Of a stretch of 64,000 bases of DNA, positions 40,101 to 53,128 are shown in pieces (position 1 is the stretch's first letter; every line of letters begins with the position of its first letter). The stretch covers positions 7,006,001 to 7,070,000 of the forward strand of contig CP158636.1 in the NCBI GenBank assembly GCA_050273025.1, in the 5' to 3' direction. The DNA is from Cenococcum geophilum. Its lineage: Eukaryota. The notes under the pieces were generated by a model, which was given only the letters and a program-made list of their open reading frames with translations, was not told the origin of the DNA and made no database searches. A program made the position numbers and the translations under genes.

Positions 40101-42810
40101 AGACGTTATAGTAAATGGTAGATATACGGATTCCGTAGGCCCTATCTAGATACCTATCTTTCCTTACTAGATTTATATAGGTGTAGGTGTAAATAATACT
40201 AATAACCTTTCTATCTCGCTAAGGCGTTCTAAGATTATATATACGTGTAACTGAACCCCCTTAATCTCTAAGATTGCGGCCTTATATCTTAGCTTAGCTA
40301 TAGCCTTATAGTCGGGCCAGTATTTCCGTATTATTAGTTCATTTAGCGTAACTATATTAGCCAGTAAGCTTTTTACCCGCGCGGCGAACCTCTAGTACTC
40401 CTCGTAGCTAAAGAGGGAGTCCTTTTATAGGGGGTAGAGCGGGAATTGCTTACGTAGGATTACTAAGTCCTATAATAGGATTACCCTAAGCGCATAGAGG
40501 AGACGTAGAAATCCTAAGCCCGTAAGGTTAAGTTATATAACCTTATTATCGGCCCTGTCTAGGTAGTAGGTCTCTATATGTTTTAGCTAAACGTTAGTCT
40601 TAGGCTATATCTTTAAGCAGAGGGCCTCCTCTGGCACCTTCTACGCGTGGGGAAGAAAGTAGCCCTTTCCCTCCTTTAGGAAGCCGGCGATTAACCGTAT
40701 AAACGTATGGGGTAGGTAGCTAAGGTAGGCTCCCGTTATCGCGTCCATATTTTAGCATCCGGCCTATTTAATTTGGGTCTCCTTAACGCCGCTAAGCTTG
40801 GCGTGCTAGACGCTCTACTTACGGGCGCTATAGGTTTTCTCTTTTAAGTAAATCCCTACCCCCTAGAACATCTTCTTATTCTATTTAAACTGCGTATAAT
40901 AGCTTAGCGGCCGTTACGGTACTTTAATGCTGCTAGGAAAGACGTATAGGTTGTAGTAGTCCTCTAGCTGCTAAAAGGATAGGAAGCTCTTAGCGCCGTC
41001 CTTACCCTAGTAGTTAAAGAAGTAGAAGGCTATTATAGAGAGAGGGTAGAGAATAGGGTTAGTATTACGTATATAGCCTATATACTTAACCTTGCCGTAC
41101 TAATTCTGCTTCCCCTATATTATTAATATAATTATATACGGCGCTAGCTTGTTTAGTTTAGGCCCTTTATTCTCTAGTTTAATAAGGATAAGGTTAGTAA
41201 GCTAAACGTCCTGTTTACTTTTACCCTAGGTAACAGTAGTATGGCCTAAGGAAAGGAATAGGTTAGAAAATAGTAGTTATATAGACTAGTAATATACGAA
41301 CCTAATAAATACTCGGCTGTAGTTTAAAGGTAAAACTTAACTAAACCTAGCATTTTAGAGCCCGTCTCCTAGCACTAAGTAATCGCCCTTTTAAGCCCTT
41401 TAACGTTATAGCCGCTAGTAATTATAAATAGGCCTTAGTTAATAAAGTTAACGCGTTAAATCTAGTCCTTATCGCGGCGGACGCTGTTTAGTATCGCTGA
41501 GAGCTTCGCCCCCCGTAGCGGCTGCAAGGCCTTACCTTTTAATTGCTATGCATAGAGCTTAGTAATAGTAGAGACGTAGCTATTTATAACTGAGTATTAG
41601 ACTATCTCGTTAAAAAGGGCGTCTAGGGCCTCCTTGTCCCATATCTCTCCTTCCTTATCCTTTATAGCTTTTTCCCCTACAGCTACGGCTACCCCTACGG
41701 CTACCTTCCCCCCTAGCTACTCTCCCGCCTTAGCCGTCTTCTACCTCTTTTTTACCCGCTTACTATCTTTTTATATCTCTTTCCGTTTTAACTTACGTTT
41801 TTAATAGCTAGCGGCCTATAATTCTTAGTTAATAATTTACTACTTTAGAAATAGGTAAAGCTTATCTTCCGTTACCTAGGTGCCGTCTGTATTGCCTTTT
41901 AATCTTACGCACTAGTCTTTTTACTCTTTCTACTTTAGCTCGTACGCCCTTATAGTATTCTTTAAGCGCTAGGCCTTATAAATATCCTATAGCCGCGCTG
42001 TTTAGGCCTTAAATTCGCTCTAGAGGCTATAGGGGGGGAGGCTAGGGGGGCTTCCTTTGGCCGTAAAGTGGACCGTAGGGTAAGAAGATTTTTAAAAGAC
42101 TCCATATCCGTAAGAGGTAAGGGGGAGACGTGTAAGCATAGCGTGGGTAAATAAAGCTACTGAACGCGTAAATATTACAGGAGAAGAAGAAGAGAGCTCT
42201 ATATTATAGAATTAGAATTGCGGTAGGCCTTTTTATATAAAATCAGAAGCCCTATATAAGCCATCGCGGGTATAAAAATAGTAGAGGGTTAGAAAATAGA
42301 TTGTTGAGGCGACGATAAGGTCAAAGGCGCGCTAAGGCCCTCTATACTAACCTAGTACTAACCTAGGCCTTAAAAACGCGTCCGAAAAGTAGGGGCCACT
42401 ATCTAGGGGGGGTGCGATATTTGGACGATATGTCGAGGACCTTGGGGGCTCGTGCGTAACCTGAGGTTATGCTAAGCCTAACCCGGACCTCCGATACCTA
42501 TGCGTGCATCACCGATGGAAATCTGAGGTGCGTTGAACGAAGAAAAAGTATGGTACTTTGTATGGCGAATCTAAACAAGAACATCGATATGTTTCTGCCG
42601 TTTATAAGTCATAAACAGGAGGATACCCCAAAAAAACTCAAAAATACGGAAAGGGGCCAGAGCAGCACTTGGTATAATAAACGCTCAAATGCCTGATGCA
42701 AGCTTTCGATCTAACTTTAAGAGACCCAATCAAAAGCGTGCAAGAAGATCCGCGATTCCGATTAGGCATATACTGAACATGTATGCCTACTAACATGCGT
42801 TCCCCAATGC

Positions 42811-43838
42811 TCATGCTTCAATTAAATCCGGTACTGGCGGTCCAACGCCCCTCAGTAATACGATAGTGTTCCCGCTCTGGCAAGCTGTTCCCAATTTCTC
42901 ACTGAATTCAAGCAGCCTCCCTGCCTCGACGTGGAAAACCCGTAGCCTCTCTGCTTCGCCACCGCCCCGATTATTCACATTTTCGACCTGGAGTGCTTTC
43001 GCTGCAGCATCAAGTACACGGCCTACACTCCATTCCTTATTGTAGAAAAAATCGCCGGTTGGATATTTTGCTTTCGTCGTATCCGCGGATGCTTCCACGT
43101 GGAGATAGAGTCTCTTGTCCTGCAGGATCGATGCTTCGCCTTTTGCGGTTTGTTTTAACTTGTTAAGAACGGCCACTGGGTTTTCGCGAGTCTGTTTCTT
43201 CGAGCCCGCGGATGAGTCTTTCGAGTTCACTCTACTTAGTAAACTCGAAGACTTGGGTAACGAGAATTTGGCTGCTGTGGACTTATTGAATTCCTTAAAT
43301 TTAGTGAAGGCTTGCCAGGCAGTTTCCTTCTTCGCTTGTGCCGGGGTAGCTCGGGCGCCCAGTGGTATTAAGTTTTTGCAGTCGTGTTCTTCAGCCATAC
43401 GATGTTTGAGGCAGTACTGTCGGTTGCAAGTGGGGCAGTGTACCCCAGGAACCAGGGCAGTGTTGATCAAAGTTTTGCAACTGGGAGAGGAGCACTGCTG
43501 ATCGTGATTTAATAAAGAAGGCTTCTGGGTAGGCTTGTATTCGACTTCACGACGAGCGCGGGCCCAGGCACCGGCGTTAGAACAGACATGAGCGCTTTCT
43601 GTCCGATGATCGAGGCAGTAGGTTCTACGTTAAGCATTACAGTCAGTTCATCGCTTGTAGACCTAGAAACACGAATTCAATACACGAACCCTTTACAACT
43701 CTCACACCTGAAAGGCAAAAAGTCTAGCCGGTGGCAGAAGGCCATCTGGCAATGCCGCCCGATTGCTTCAACATCACCTTGCGACATGCTGGTAAAGCTT
43801 TCTGAGCCCGTGACTTCGGTAGATGCTGAAGAAGACAT
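42811..43838 (-). CDS. AN1-type zinc finger protein (Cuz1/ZFAND1-like), 2 exons, intron 43625-43689
   Basis: GDVEAIGRHCQMAFCHRLDFLPFRCESCKG|TYCLDHRTESAHVC, a second AN1 finger CPTCNRQYCLKHRMAEEHDC, and a C-terminal ubiquitin-like WSVGRVLDAAA...LRVFHVEAGRLL. Confidence 0.9.
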
Positions 43839-44376
43839 TTTGAGTAATAGAGAAGCAAACTTTTATACAGGAAGGCGAGCATAGAAAGAGGATGGAAAGA
43901 TAAGATGATTAATTGCTAGAAAGCTCGAGAAGTCTGCTAGGCTGTGCTTGATTTGTAGGGCTGACGATATCGCGGCAAAATTAAGGCGGTGGGTAGGACG
44001 GTCTAGAATCCGGCGTTTATAGTCACAACTGCGTATATTAAATCATGAGCTTTCCAAGACATTCTTTCTACAAATGCTTTTAGACATTAGCCTCATTTGG
44101 ATACTCTAGCCATATCCGTAGTAGCCGCCTACGCACTCCAATGTAAGAAAGACTTTGAGCTCCACGAGTTTGACTGGCGGTACAGTACTGTGTATGTTGC
44201 ACATAGCCACAGCAGCCAAGAAATCACGCGCCGCTTAAGAGCTCCAAACGACTCTAGGATACGGCTCAGGCGGCAAAATGAGGAGATGGAACTACTTCAG
44301 GTGCAGCAGCCTCCCACGAGGTCTCTGAAGAGAATACGCTCTGCTATTATTATCTTTAACTTATTTCTTTCCTAGC

Positions 44377-46386
44377 ATGTCTTTAAAATACTCTAACCAC
44401 AATATAGGCCCTTGCCTAGTTCATGAAGATTTTCCACAGGATCTAACCGGACCAGAGAAGGCCCTGTCGCCGTTGTGCACGGAGTGCTCTAAGCATTTGT
44501 TCTACCAATACTAGCCTTTACCTCGCGAAGACTACATCGGACTTCTTTGGCTGTTCCTCGGAGAAGACGAGAGGCCTGTTTCATGTCGGCCTCTTTCAGT
44601 ACCACTAGAGGATGCTCCTTCGTATGAGGCCTTATCCTGTGTATGGGGTGATCCGACCAATACCGTAGAGATAATATGCGGCCAAAGACGGGTGTCTATT
44701 ACGGTCAATTTAAGAGACGCTATACGAAGATTCCGTTACAAGAATGAGTGTAGAGTGCTCTGGGCAGATGCAATCTGCATTGATCAGCGAAACATCGAAG
44801 AACGTGGAAGGCACGTTCAACTGATGGGAATGATATACTGGAAGGTGGATCGCGTCCTTGTTTGGCTAGGCCAAAATATTGCTGAGAATGACAGGCTAAT
44901 CAACGTTGAAGAAGCATTCGCCTGAATCTGCGAAAGTAATATGGGATTTAAAGCGAAAGAAGAAGCATATGGAGACGCAAAGGAAGTTCCTCCTGTGACC
45001 TCTGATGATATCGCCGGATTCACTGAATTGGAAGTAGATAAGTTGGAAGCAGCTTCTATCCTCCTGAGTAGTCCGTGGTTCCGCCGAGTCTAAGAGATTG
45101 GACTAGCGGCTGAAGCTTTGGTCTTTTGCGGTGATACCGAGACCGAAGCAGCTGAGCTTTTAGACTTTTATCTGTGGGTCATGGGTTCTGGTCAAGCATT
45201 ATACAACCACTTTTGCATTCACCTTACGCAACAGACTGTATGGTACGAATACTGGCTTGCAACCCGCTCTGAATATAAGACTGTCGCGGAAAAATCAACA
45301 AAACTTTCCTTCATCGAGATTCTTGCTTTCGCTAGACATCTGGAAGCGACGAACCCAAGAGACCATGTATTTGCTTTTCTAGGCCATCCAGCAGCATTGC
45401 AATTTCCTCTAGGACACAAAGCCACAGCTAACATGGATTATGGATCAATAATATCTCTTAGTACAAAGCCATTGATTTAGCCTGACTACACAAAAAGCCT
45501 TGGAGAGATTTATATAGAATTTGCCGTCAAGATTTTCGAGGCAACAAATAGCCTTGATCTATTATCATACATAATTTATTTCGAAAATTCAATCGAAGAG
45601 AGCATTCCTTCGTGGGTGCCGCGGTGGGACTTACCAGGGGTTTCTCAGGTATCGTTCGGGACTGACCATCAAAGCAAATATTAGAACGCTTCCAGAGGGT
45701 CATACCCTACATCATCTACTTTCATAAAGAGTAATGAACTTAACAGCCTAAGTGGTCTGCGGCTTAGTGCTTTATTTGTTGATCGAATCGAATGGACTTA
45801 TGAGATTACGATGCCTGTCTGGACATGTTTCGCTTTGCTTAAATATGACTTTGCTGAGGGATCTACTATCCCTGCGAACCCTATTGAGGACATCTGGTCC
45901 CAGCTGTCTCACCGTGAAGTGTTCAGGACAGAGCCTGAAAAGGATAGCCTGATGACTTTTGGCATCACAGTGACTGCGGGGCTGCTGGACACCGAGCCTG
46001 CAGAAAATGAGCCCGAGAGGCACTTCGGAAACTTCTGTGCGTATCGGCTGAGAAAATCAGGAATATCAGGGCCAAGGCCAACTAGCTACCTTACCCCATG
46101 GCGCCGACCCGCACCAATTTGAAGCTGGTGTTCGCACATATACTCAGTCAAGGACTTTCTTTCGTACCCGATCGGGTTTAATTGGCCTCGGTCCCCAGCC
46201 GACCGCAAAGGAAGATGTTTGCTTCGTTTCGTTATTTTAGGAGCTAAAACTCCATTCATTCTCTGGTCTACTTCGCTAGACTCACATTACAAGATACTTG
46301 GAGAGGCTTACGTTCATGGTATCATGCGAGGCGAAACTGTGGCAGCTGAATATTGCAATGATGTGGAGGACATTATCTTGTGTTGA
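44377..46386 (+). pseudogene. HET-domain (HET-6-like) heterokaryon incompatibility pseudogene
   Basis: YEALSCVWGDP, ITVNLRDAIRRFR, LWADAICIDQ.NIEERGRHVQLMG.IY, PWFRRV, ATNPRDHVFAFLGHP, PDYTKS, PSWVPRWD and LGEAYVHGIMRGE are present. In-frame stops at 44512, 44923, ~45091, 45478 and further downstream. Confidence 0.88.
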
Positions 46387-46698
46387 AGACCAACTTTCGC
46401 TCTTTTAGACCGCGAAATTCTGATATATTGAGCCCATCGTAACAAGGGACGTTCAGGAGAATTGAGAGGTTATTCAAAACTTGATCTGCGTGATACCCAA
46501 AAAAATCTCGGCTCCTCGAACTTAATGCTGTAATAATATATGAGAAAGCTGTACCTCTCTTGCGAGGTCCTCACTCCAACGCGAGCCATCGCTGGAAAAC
46601 CGCATCCTCAGAAGCGCTCATAGACACATTCCCTCCAAGCACGCCGCAACTCCTAATTCTTGCTTCCTGCCTACCAGCTCCCGTAAAATCCCCCTTAA

Positions 46699-49322
46699 CT
46701 ACAGCAACAGCAAATCGCCACCTCCAGCCCCCGGATTAACAACCTGCTGCGGCTGATTCTGATTAACCACATACATGCTCGCCGCATTACCCGCAATCGG
46801 GGACCCCCCAAACGCGCTCTCCCTCATCTGCATGTGGCCCACGCCCGCAAAATACAGGTCCGCCTCACTGACCGCCGCGGCGAGATTGCCGTTGCCGTTG
46901 CTGCCGCTGTGACCATTCGTATTAATCGCCGAGGTTGTATCCACCGTCGGTCGTTCCGCGGCAGCCTTCTCGCGCGCAGCAGCAGCAGCGCGCACCGTGG
47001 GCAGCGTGTGCTTCTGCAGCGTGGGGGAATCGATTAGCCGGCGCGGGCGAGCAGAGCGGAAGACTTGCTGGACTGGTTTCAGGTAGACCGTCGCTAGCGT
47101 TCCGACGTTAAGACACATCTCCTCCAACGTGGCCGGATCCAGTTTCTCGCTTTCTTCGGCCGTGATGGCGGGCTTCTCGCCCATGACGATGAGTTTCGCG
47201 GTTTCTGGCTTAGAGGAGAGGAGACGCCAGTACATGTATCCGCGGTCGCGGAGGTCCGGGTTGTCTGTCTCTTCCGTTGCCCACTTCAGGACCTTAGGGA
47301 CTAAATCTTGACCCTTGGTAGGCCGTTGGATGAAGAGTTTGACGGTAGCGGTAAGGAGGGCGAGTTGGACTTCATGAGGCTCGTCCGCGAAAGTGTAGAG
47401 GAAATCGTCGAGTAAAACATCTGAGTTATCGATGCGATCTGCATACTGGCCGATAACCCATATCATAGCTGCTTTCGCTTCTGGCTCGTCTAGACTGTCT
47501 AGGTTCTCGCACAGCGTTGAGATGATAGATTCGTACTGATTCGGGTATTTCCGGAAGATATTGCGAATGACAACAGTAGCTTCCTGCACGATATACGAGA
47601 CTTTCGTAGCGACGAGCTCCAGGAGAGTTTTGATGCAGAGACGAGCAGCGGGCTCGATCTTTATGGCAAGCTTGCCGATTGCCCGTACAGATTTTCGGAC
47701 GAAATCAACGTCGATCTCTGTGGCGTATCTGAAGCATGTTAATGATATGATTTTAAGTTTGAAAAGAACAGGCAACTGATGGAAGCTTACTCTCTTAACT
47801 CTGTCAGAACTTCCTTGATGTTCTGCTCCGTAGCAAGCATAAAAATGAGTTCCAGCTTCGTGACTTTTACATAAATCGGGTCATTATATTTGCAAAAGAA
47901 GACGCGAATATCGCTCCGCAGAACCTCTGGCCTTCGTTGAAGAATCAATAACGCGTTTCGGAGTGCTAGATATTGGATTTCGGGTCCTTTGGAGAGGAGG
48001 GTGACAAGAGGCGGGGAAAGTTTATTGCAAAGCGATGCTATTACTTTTTGGTCGGCGATGTAGTTCATCAGATAAAGTATGACACGGATGCAAGTGAGGA
48101 CGACAGCTGAATTAGAGTGAGATAGGCGAGGTGATATTCGCTCTGCAAGGAGTGCGGCCTCAGATGAGTCTTGTGGAACATAATTCATCATTGCTTCAAG
48201 GATGTACGTCTGGCCCCATCTGCTTATAGTAAGTAATTTGAAGTGCTGATTGAGATGCTTGATATCTTACTCCGAACAGTCCGGTAAAATCTGCACTATC
48301 TTTGATGCGCTCGAATAATCGATCGTGAGTTTAATGCTCTCACTCCTTTCCCAAATATCCATCAGGCTTGCCAGAGCACTCGATACTACAGTCGGGTTTT
48401 CATCTCTGAGCATGCTGTTAAGTTTGTCAATAAGGTCCGAGGATTCGACGAGGTGGCGGTCGTGATCGTAAAGCTTCGCAACGCAAAACGCCGCCGTTTT
48501 ACGAACATATGGGTCGGTGTCTTTGAGGAGATGCTTTAGTGGTGGGACGGTTGCCTCAACGAATTCACGGACATGTATGTAGGACATTGTTCGCAAGGCG
48601 AGTGCTCGTACTAAGGGGTTGCTATCATCCATATCCTGCGCACTCTATTAGTACCTAGATCCAGCCTCTTCTAGGGCTATACTCACATTAACAATTATGG
48701 GCAGCGCCTTGAGCGCAACATCCGGCTTTATCCTAGCATAATTGACCAGATACAAGAAACACCTGCTCCTCGATCAGTTCTCCCTTTCCAAATATAATTA
48801 CAGTGTCAAAGGCTGCAAACCAACTAACATCTTCTTGATCTCCAAGCTCGCGATATGCATACAAGCGACAATATCCGGGAACAGCGCCACCATATCATTA
48901 TTACTCATAGTCATATTCGCAACAATCTTCTTCAGCGCCGTCTTCTTCGCCGAGAAGTTCTTGTCCTTCTTGCCGCCGCTATTAAGCTCGAGGCGCAGCT
49001 CAGCTACTTTGCCCTGTGGAGAACGGAGATATTGTAAGCACGGTGTGTCAAAGGCTACGGTGGGGAGGAACATGGTTGCAGCATTCTCTCCTCATCTATC
49101 GACATTGCAATCTATATCAAGATACTGGCTTTTCAGAAGGAGGCCCGTCTCAAGCGTGCGGGGGAGAGTAAGGCAGACGCATAGAAGTATTTTAGAGAGT
49201 TGCAAGGTTGAAAGTATCACAACGAGTGCCATTAAGAAGGGTAAAGTGGACAAAGAGCAGTAATAGAAGAAAATCTAACATACTCGAGCAAAGAGCTTCG
49301 CATCTTGCCCGCTCGTACTCAT
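46699..49322 (-). CDS. APL1: AP-2 adaptor complex beta subunit (beta-adaptin), multi-exon
   Basis: [32 protein letters not shown]...[85 protein letters not shown]. The N-terminus is of the fungal AP-2 beta type rather than AP-1 beta. Confidence 0.88.
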
Positions 49323-49833
49323 TGCTGCTGTCCTCGTGCCCAGTCAACGGCACATCTACACATGCATGCGCTCGGCAGCTCCAGCTCCCCTCTCGCTCCG
49401 CTGCCGTTTTAGTCGCCCCTCCACTACGGCAAAAGTTCCTGGTCCGATGTTCGATTCGGTTGGGGGGCTTTTAGGGCACTCTAGCGAGCATGAACATTGC
49501 AGAATTTAGAGAGAAGAGGTCGTGAGAGACGTGAGAGGTAGTAGACAAGAAATTGGATACACAGTGTAGGAGGAAGGGAATTGGACCATGGCACTACTCC
49601 GGGCGGCCCTTGCGGAGCCAAGACTAGCGGACCTCTTATTCAACCATCTCTAATACCACGCTTCCAATACTAAATGTATCTTCAACATCAGCCACACAAA
49701 TCTTAGCAACGCATCCGAAACCCCCTCTTACCCTCAAAAGAACCAAATCCTCCAGAGAACCACATTGCAAAACCGAATCTCACCCTCTAACCCGAGCGTC
49801 CGCACCTCTCCATCTCACTCCTACAAACCCACC

Positions 49834-50564
49834 ATGGCCGCACAACCACCTCCAACCCCCAAATGGGTGCTCGACCTCAACAGCGCCCCCTCCGCCAAAC
49901 CCAAAGCCTCCTCAATCCCCGACCCACCCGGCTTCACCGCCGCGCTCAGCGCAAAGCAGCGCTCGCAATCCAAAAACGCGCCGCAAGCCTCCGTCCGCAA
50001 GCCGCCCACAACCGAAGAAACCGACACTCTGAAGTTGAAAAAAGCATGGGAGATCGCCATCGCACCAGCAAAGCAGCTACCCATGAACGCAATCGGTACG
50101 CACAACCCCCACTCCTCCAATGTCCAATGTCCAATTTCCAATTTCCGATTTCCAGTTTCCAGTTTCCCTTTTCCTTTGTCTTTTCACTTTACATTCGACC
50201 TAGACCAGGAACACGTCATGCGAGCGCATGAAGCTGACCGGTGCGATTCCGCCGCACAGGAATGTACATGACCGGCTCGACCCTCCAGATCTTCTCCATC
50301 TTTATGGTCTTCACGCTCTTCAAGACGCCCCTCACCGCCATCGCGACCCTGGGCCGCACTTTCGCTCCCTACACCACCCCGGGCACCGCGACGCGCCTCC
50401 TGCCCGCCAAGCTCGTGTTCGTGGTCATGAATCTGCTCATGCTTGGGCTAGGGCTGTGGAAGGTGAACCAGATGGGTCTGCTGCCGACGACGCGCAGCGA
50501 TTGGTTGGCGTGGGAGGCCGAGAGGACGTGGGCCGAGAGGGGCGTGCCGACGGAATGGTTGTAG
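49834..50564 (+). CDS. EMC4: ER membrane protein complex subunit 4, 2 exons (intron ~50096-50259)
   Basis: LKLKKAWEIAIAPAKQLPMNAIG|MYMTGSTLQIFSIFMVF...GLWKVNQMGLLPTTRSDWLAWE. Confidence 0.92.
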
Positions 50565-51105
50565 ATTGGGAGAGAAGAGGATATGGCTGCTGGTGGGATG
50601 GAGGGTTTATGGGCGTCTTTGGAGAATTTGGGATTGTTCAAGGGGCTTTATACCACGCATTAAATTCTTGTCTTATGGCCGCACTTCTTTGGGCTACGGT
50701 GCATCAATATCAAGCCGTTATTAGATGGAAGTAATACTACATTGATCATTTGGCAAACTTAAGTAGCAAAAGGTACTTGATATCCGACAATCTCAGAAAA
50801 GCTACCTAACGTCCCATGTTTCGACAGAAGGGGGTATCGTGCAAAACTGAAGGGAGATATTGCCAAAAAGTATGCTCCGAAAAGAATAATTCTGAATCTG
50901 AGAGGATTAGATATACTTCAACTTTTGCACCACCTGCTACCAAAATCTCATTTGCGAGTTAAAACCTGACATTTTCCACCCTCCATGAATCTCTTATAAC
51001 TCATAACCATGATCAGTCTTTTGCCTAATTGAAACCATATTGCTCAAACATCGGCTGCTCTCTCCATCGCCCATCTCAAGGATGCCCGTGTACACTTTGC
51101 TGCAT

Positions 51106-52317
51106 TTACTCATCCGCAAGTAGAGGCGCCCGTTCTCTGTCTTCACTAACAATCTCGCCACGCTTGAATGGGTCTCTTCCGAGCAGTCCTGGAATTCCGA
51201 CTGCAAGAGACAGAATGAACAGGATAGCCATGATGATGAAGGCGAAGATCCATTGGAAAGCGATGATGTGTTCCAAGAACTGAGATACACCAATTGCTGT
51301 CGTAGGCGTCAGCTTCATTGTCACTTTTCTTAAGAGGTATTTGGCATCAGGGGCGATTTAAGCACTAGAAGTACGAAAGCAGAAGGGGACAACTAAACAT
51401 ACCAGCAGCAAGCACACTCAACTCAAATCCCATGGTGTAGTCCTTAAATGCTGCTAGGAAGAAAACTCCATAAGCCAGGATGCCCCAAATGAAGATGTTT
51501 GCGACGATTCTGGCTGGTAGCGAATGTGCATGCACCATAACCGCGCCGCACCAGTACAAAGCCACAAAATTCCATGCCAGCGGTCCGCTTACAACCGGTA
51601 TGTGGATGAAGCGTGGGGTAGTGCTGTGGTGGAAATAGGCCGAGCTGAGGTTGAAAAAATTGATGATGAGAAGTAGCTCCGCGAGCCAGAAGTGTGAGCG
51701 CACCCAGAGATGGATGAAACCAAAAAGAAGAAGGTTTGAGGCGATGAAGTGCGAGCCGACAGTGGCAGCGGCAGTTACATAAGCGGAGTTGGAGGCGTAC
51801 AGGTGCCAGCAGTAGCCAATTTGGAGTAAGAAGAGAATAATCCTGCATTAGTATGATTAGCACTTGTTTTATGCATAAAGCACTTTGCAGATTGCGCATA
51901 GATTTTGGTACAAGGCTGAACGGAGGGTAAATCAAACCACACACCAGTAGATACTTGTGATGATCGCATTCATAGTAAAGGGTGTCTTATGGTAGCTGTT
52001 CTGGCCCCAAATGGTACGGCGGTGATATATGCCTTCATGAGGCCTCTCGAGGGTATAGTAGATGCTTGTAATGACTGCCAGCAGCCACGTTATAGCCGTG
52101 GCGATTTTGTACGTAATGATAGATTGACGCGAGTACTCATCGTGGGAAGAGAACGGATTGACTATGAGTATATTAGCAGAACTTAAGTGATTAAAGTAGA
52201 TTGCGAAAGGGAAGATATAAGAGAGATCTGCAATCCGAGCGGGAAGACGGAGAAGCTATACGCACTTGAATGAATGCGCCTGTGGAGGCTGTCGCCGGCG
52301 CCGTTACTCTCAGGCAT
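51106..52317 (-). CDS. Fungal multi-pass membrane protein (DUF1774-like), multi-exon
   Basis: Exons read INPFSSHDEYSRQSIITYKIATAITWLL; TIWGQNSYHKTPFTMNAIITSIYW; YVTAAATVGSHFIASNLLLFGFIHLWVRSHFWLAELLLIINF; FKDYTMGFELSVL; IIAFQWIFAFIIM; ERAPLLADE*. Confidence 0.8.
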
Positions 52318-53128
52318 TGTGACGGGGTATTCGAATTGGTATAGATTCTAAAAGAGCAGAGAATTGAGGTTTGGGTGAGAGAGAGGAAGAGGGAATTGTC
52401 GAGGTAAGGCTGGAGAGTGTAAAGAGAATTTGCAGAGGAGTGGTTTTGAGGTTGGTATTATGGGGGAGTTACCAAAAGCCGCACAAAGGTCACAAGTCAC
52501 CAGGTTCAGACGTCATGAGGCTTGGCGAATGCGGGGGCGGCGCTTACTTGGAGCGAACTCCAGGGAAACTGCCTGCGAAGGGAAAGGGGAACATGCAACA
52601 GGCCATCACATGGACAACGGTTTTCGCCTCAGCTTGCACCGCACCACACCACCGCCATCCCCACTTTACAGTCTGTCCGCATGTGATGAAATAAATGGGG
52701 GCTTAGAACGATGGGGTGCTAAGCTACATAGTGCGGCGGGTATCTCTAGTGGGAATAAGTGCAACCAATAAGAATAGAAGAGCCAAACAGAAAGGCAAGG
52801 AAGCATAAATGGCAAAAGGCCAGAAATAACAGGTGCAGCAGAAATAATAGAAACAACAGAATTACAACAATTCATAGAAGAAAATCGAAGATCGAAGATC
52901 CCAAGCCCACTCAAAGTGTCTAAAAACCATGGAAAAAATAACATGAGCATGGAATGGCCATAAAATTTACGGCGCGGGACGTCATCCTCACCTGACAGGC
53001 CCGGGCGTTGATAGGCGCCGCTGAGCCGACCTGTCGATTCAGAAAATCCTGACGGCTCGCCAATTGCTTGCATTTCGTCATTCACCTCAAACCTCTGTTC
53101 ACATCCTGCAAAGCCGTGGCATCGGCAC

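Larger units (their letters stand above)
38951..42510 (-). mobile_element. CryptonF-type tyrosine recombinase transposon (NDC10-II-like YR plus GCR1_C), RIP-inactivated
   Basis: De-RIPed minus strand: GKQNQHGKVEYMGC.RN.DP.LCP.S..AFYFF.RW; GIHSKEKTHSARKQ..RHAELGGVEETQI.RAGRWN.DAMTGAYLS.LP..F.R.IAGFP. The C-terminal SVFQLWA.WTLGLAGRP.IEALN..WGARWR...EA.FYSRRRRII (39560-39790) is a GCR1_C domain. Confidence 0.88.

Noticed and set aside
50110..50175. TTTCCA-type short repeats
   Set aside because: An intronic microsatellite in EMC4 with no further structure.
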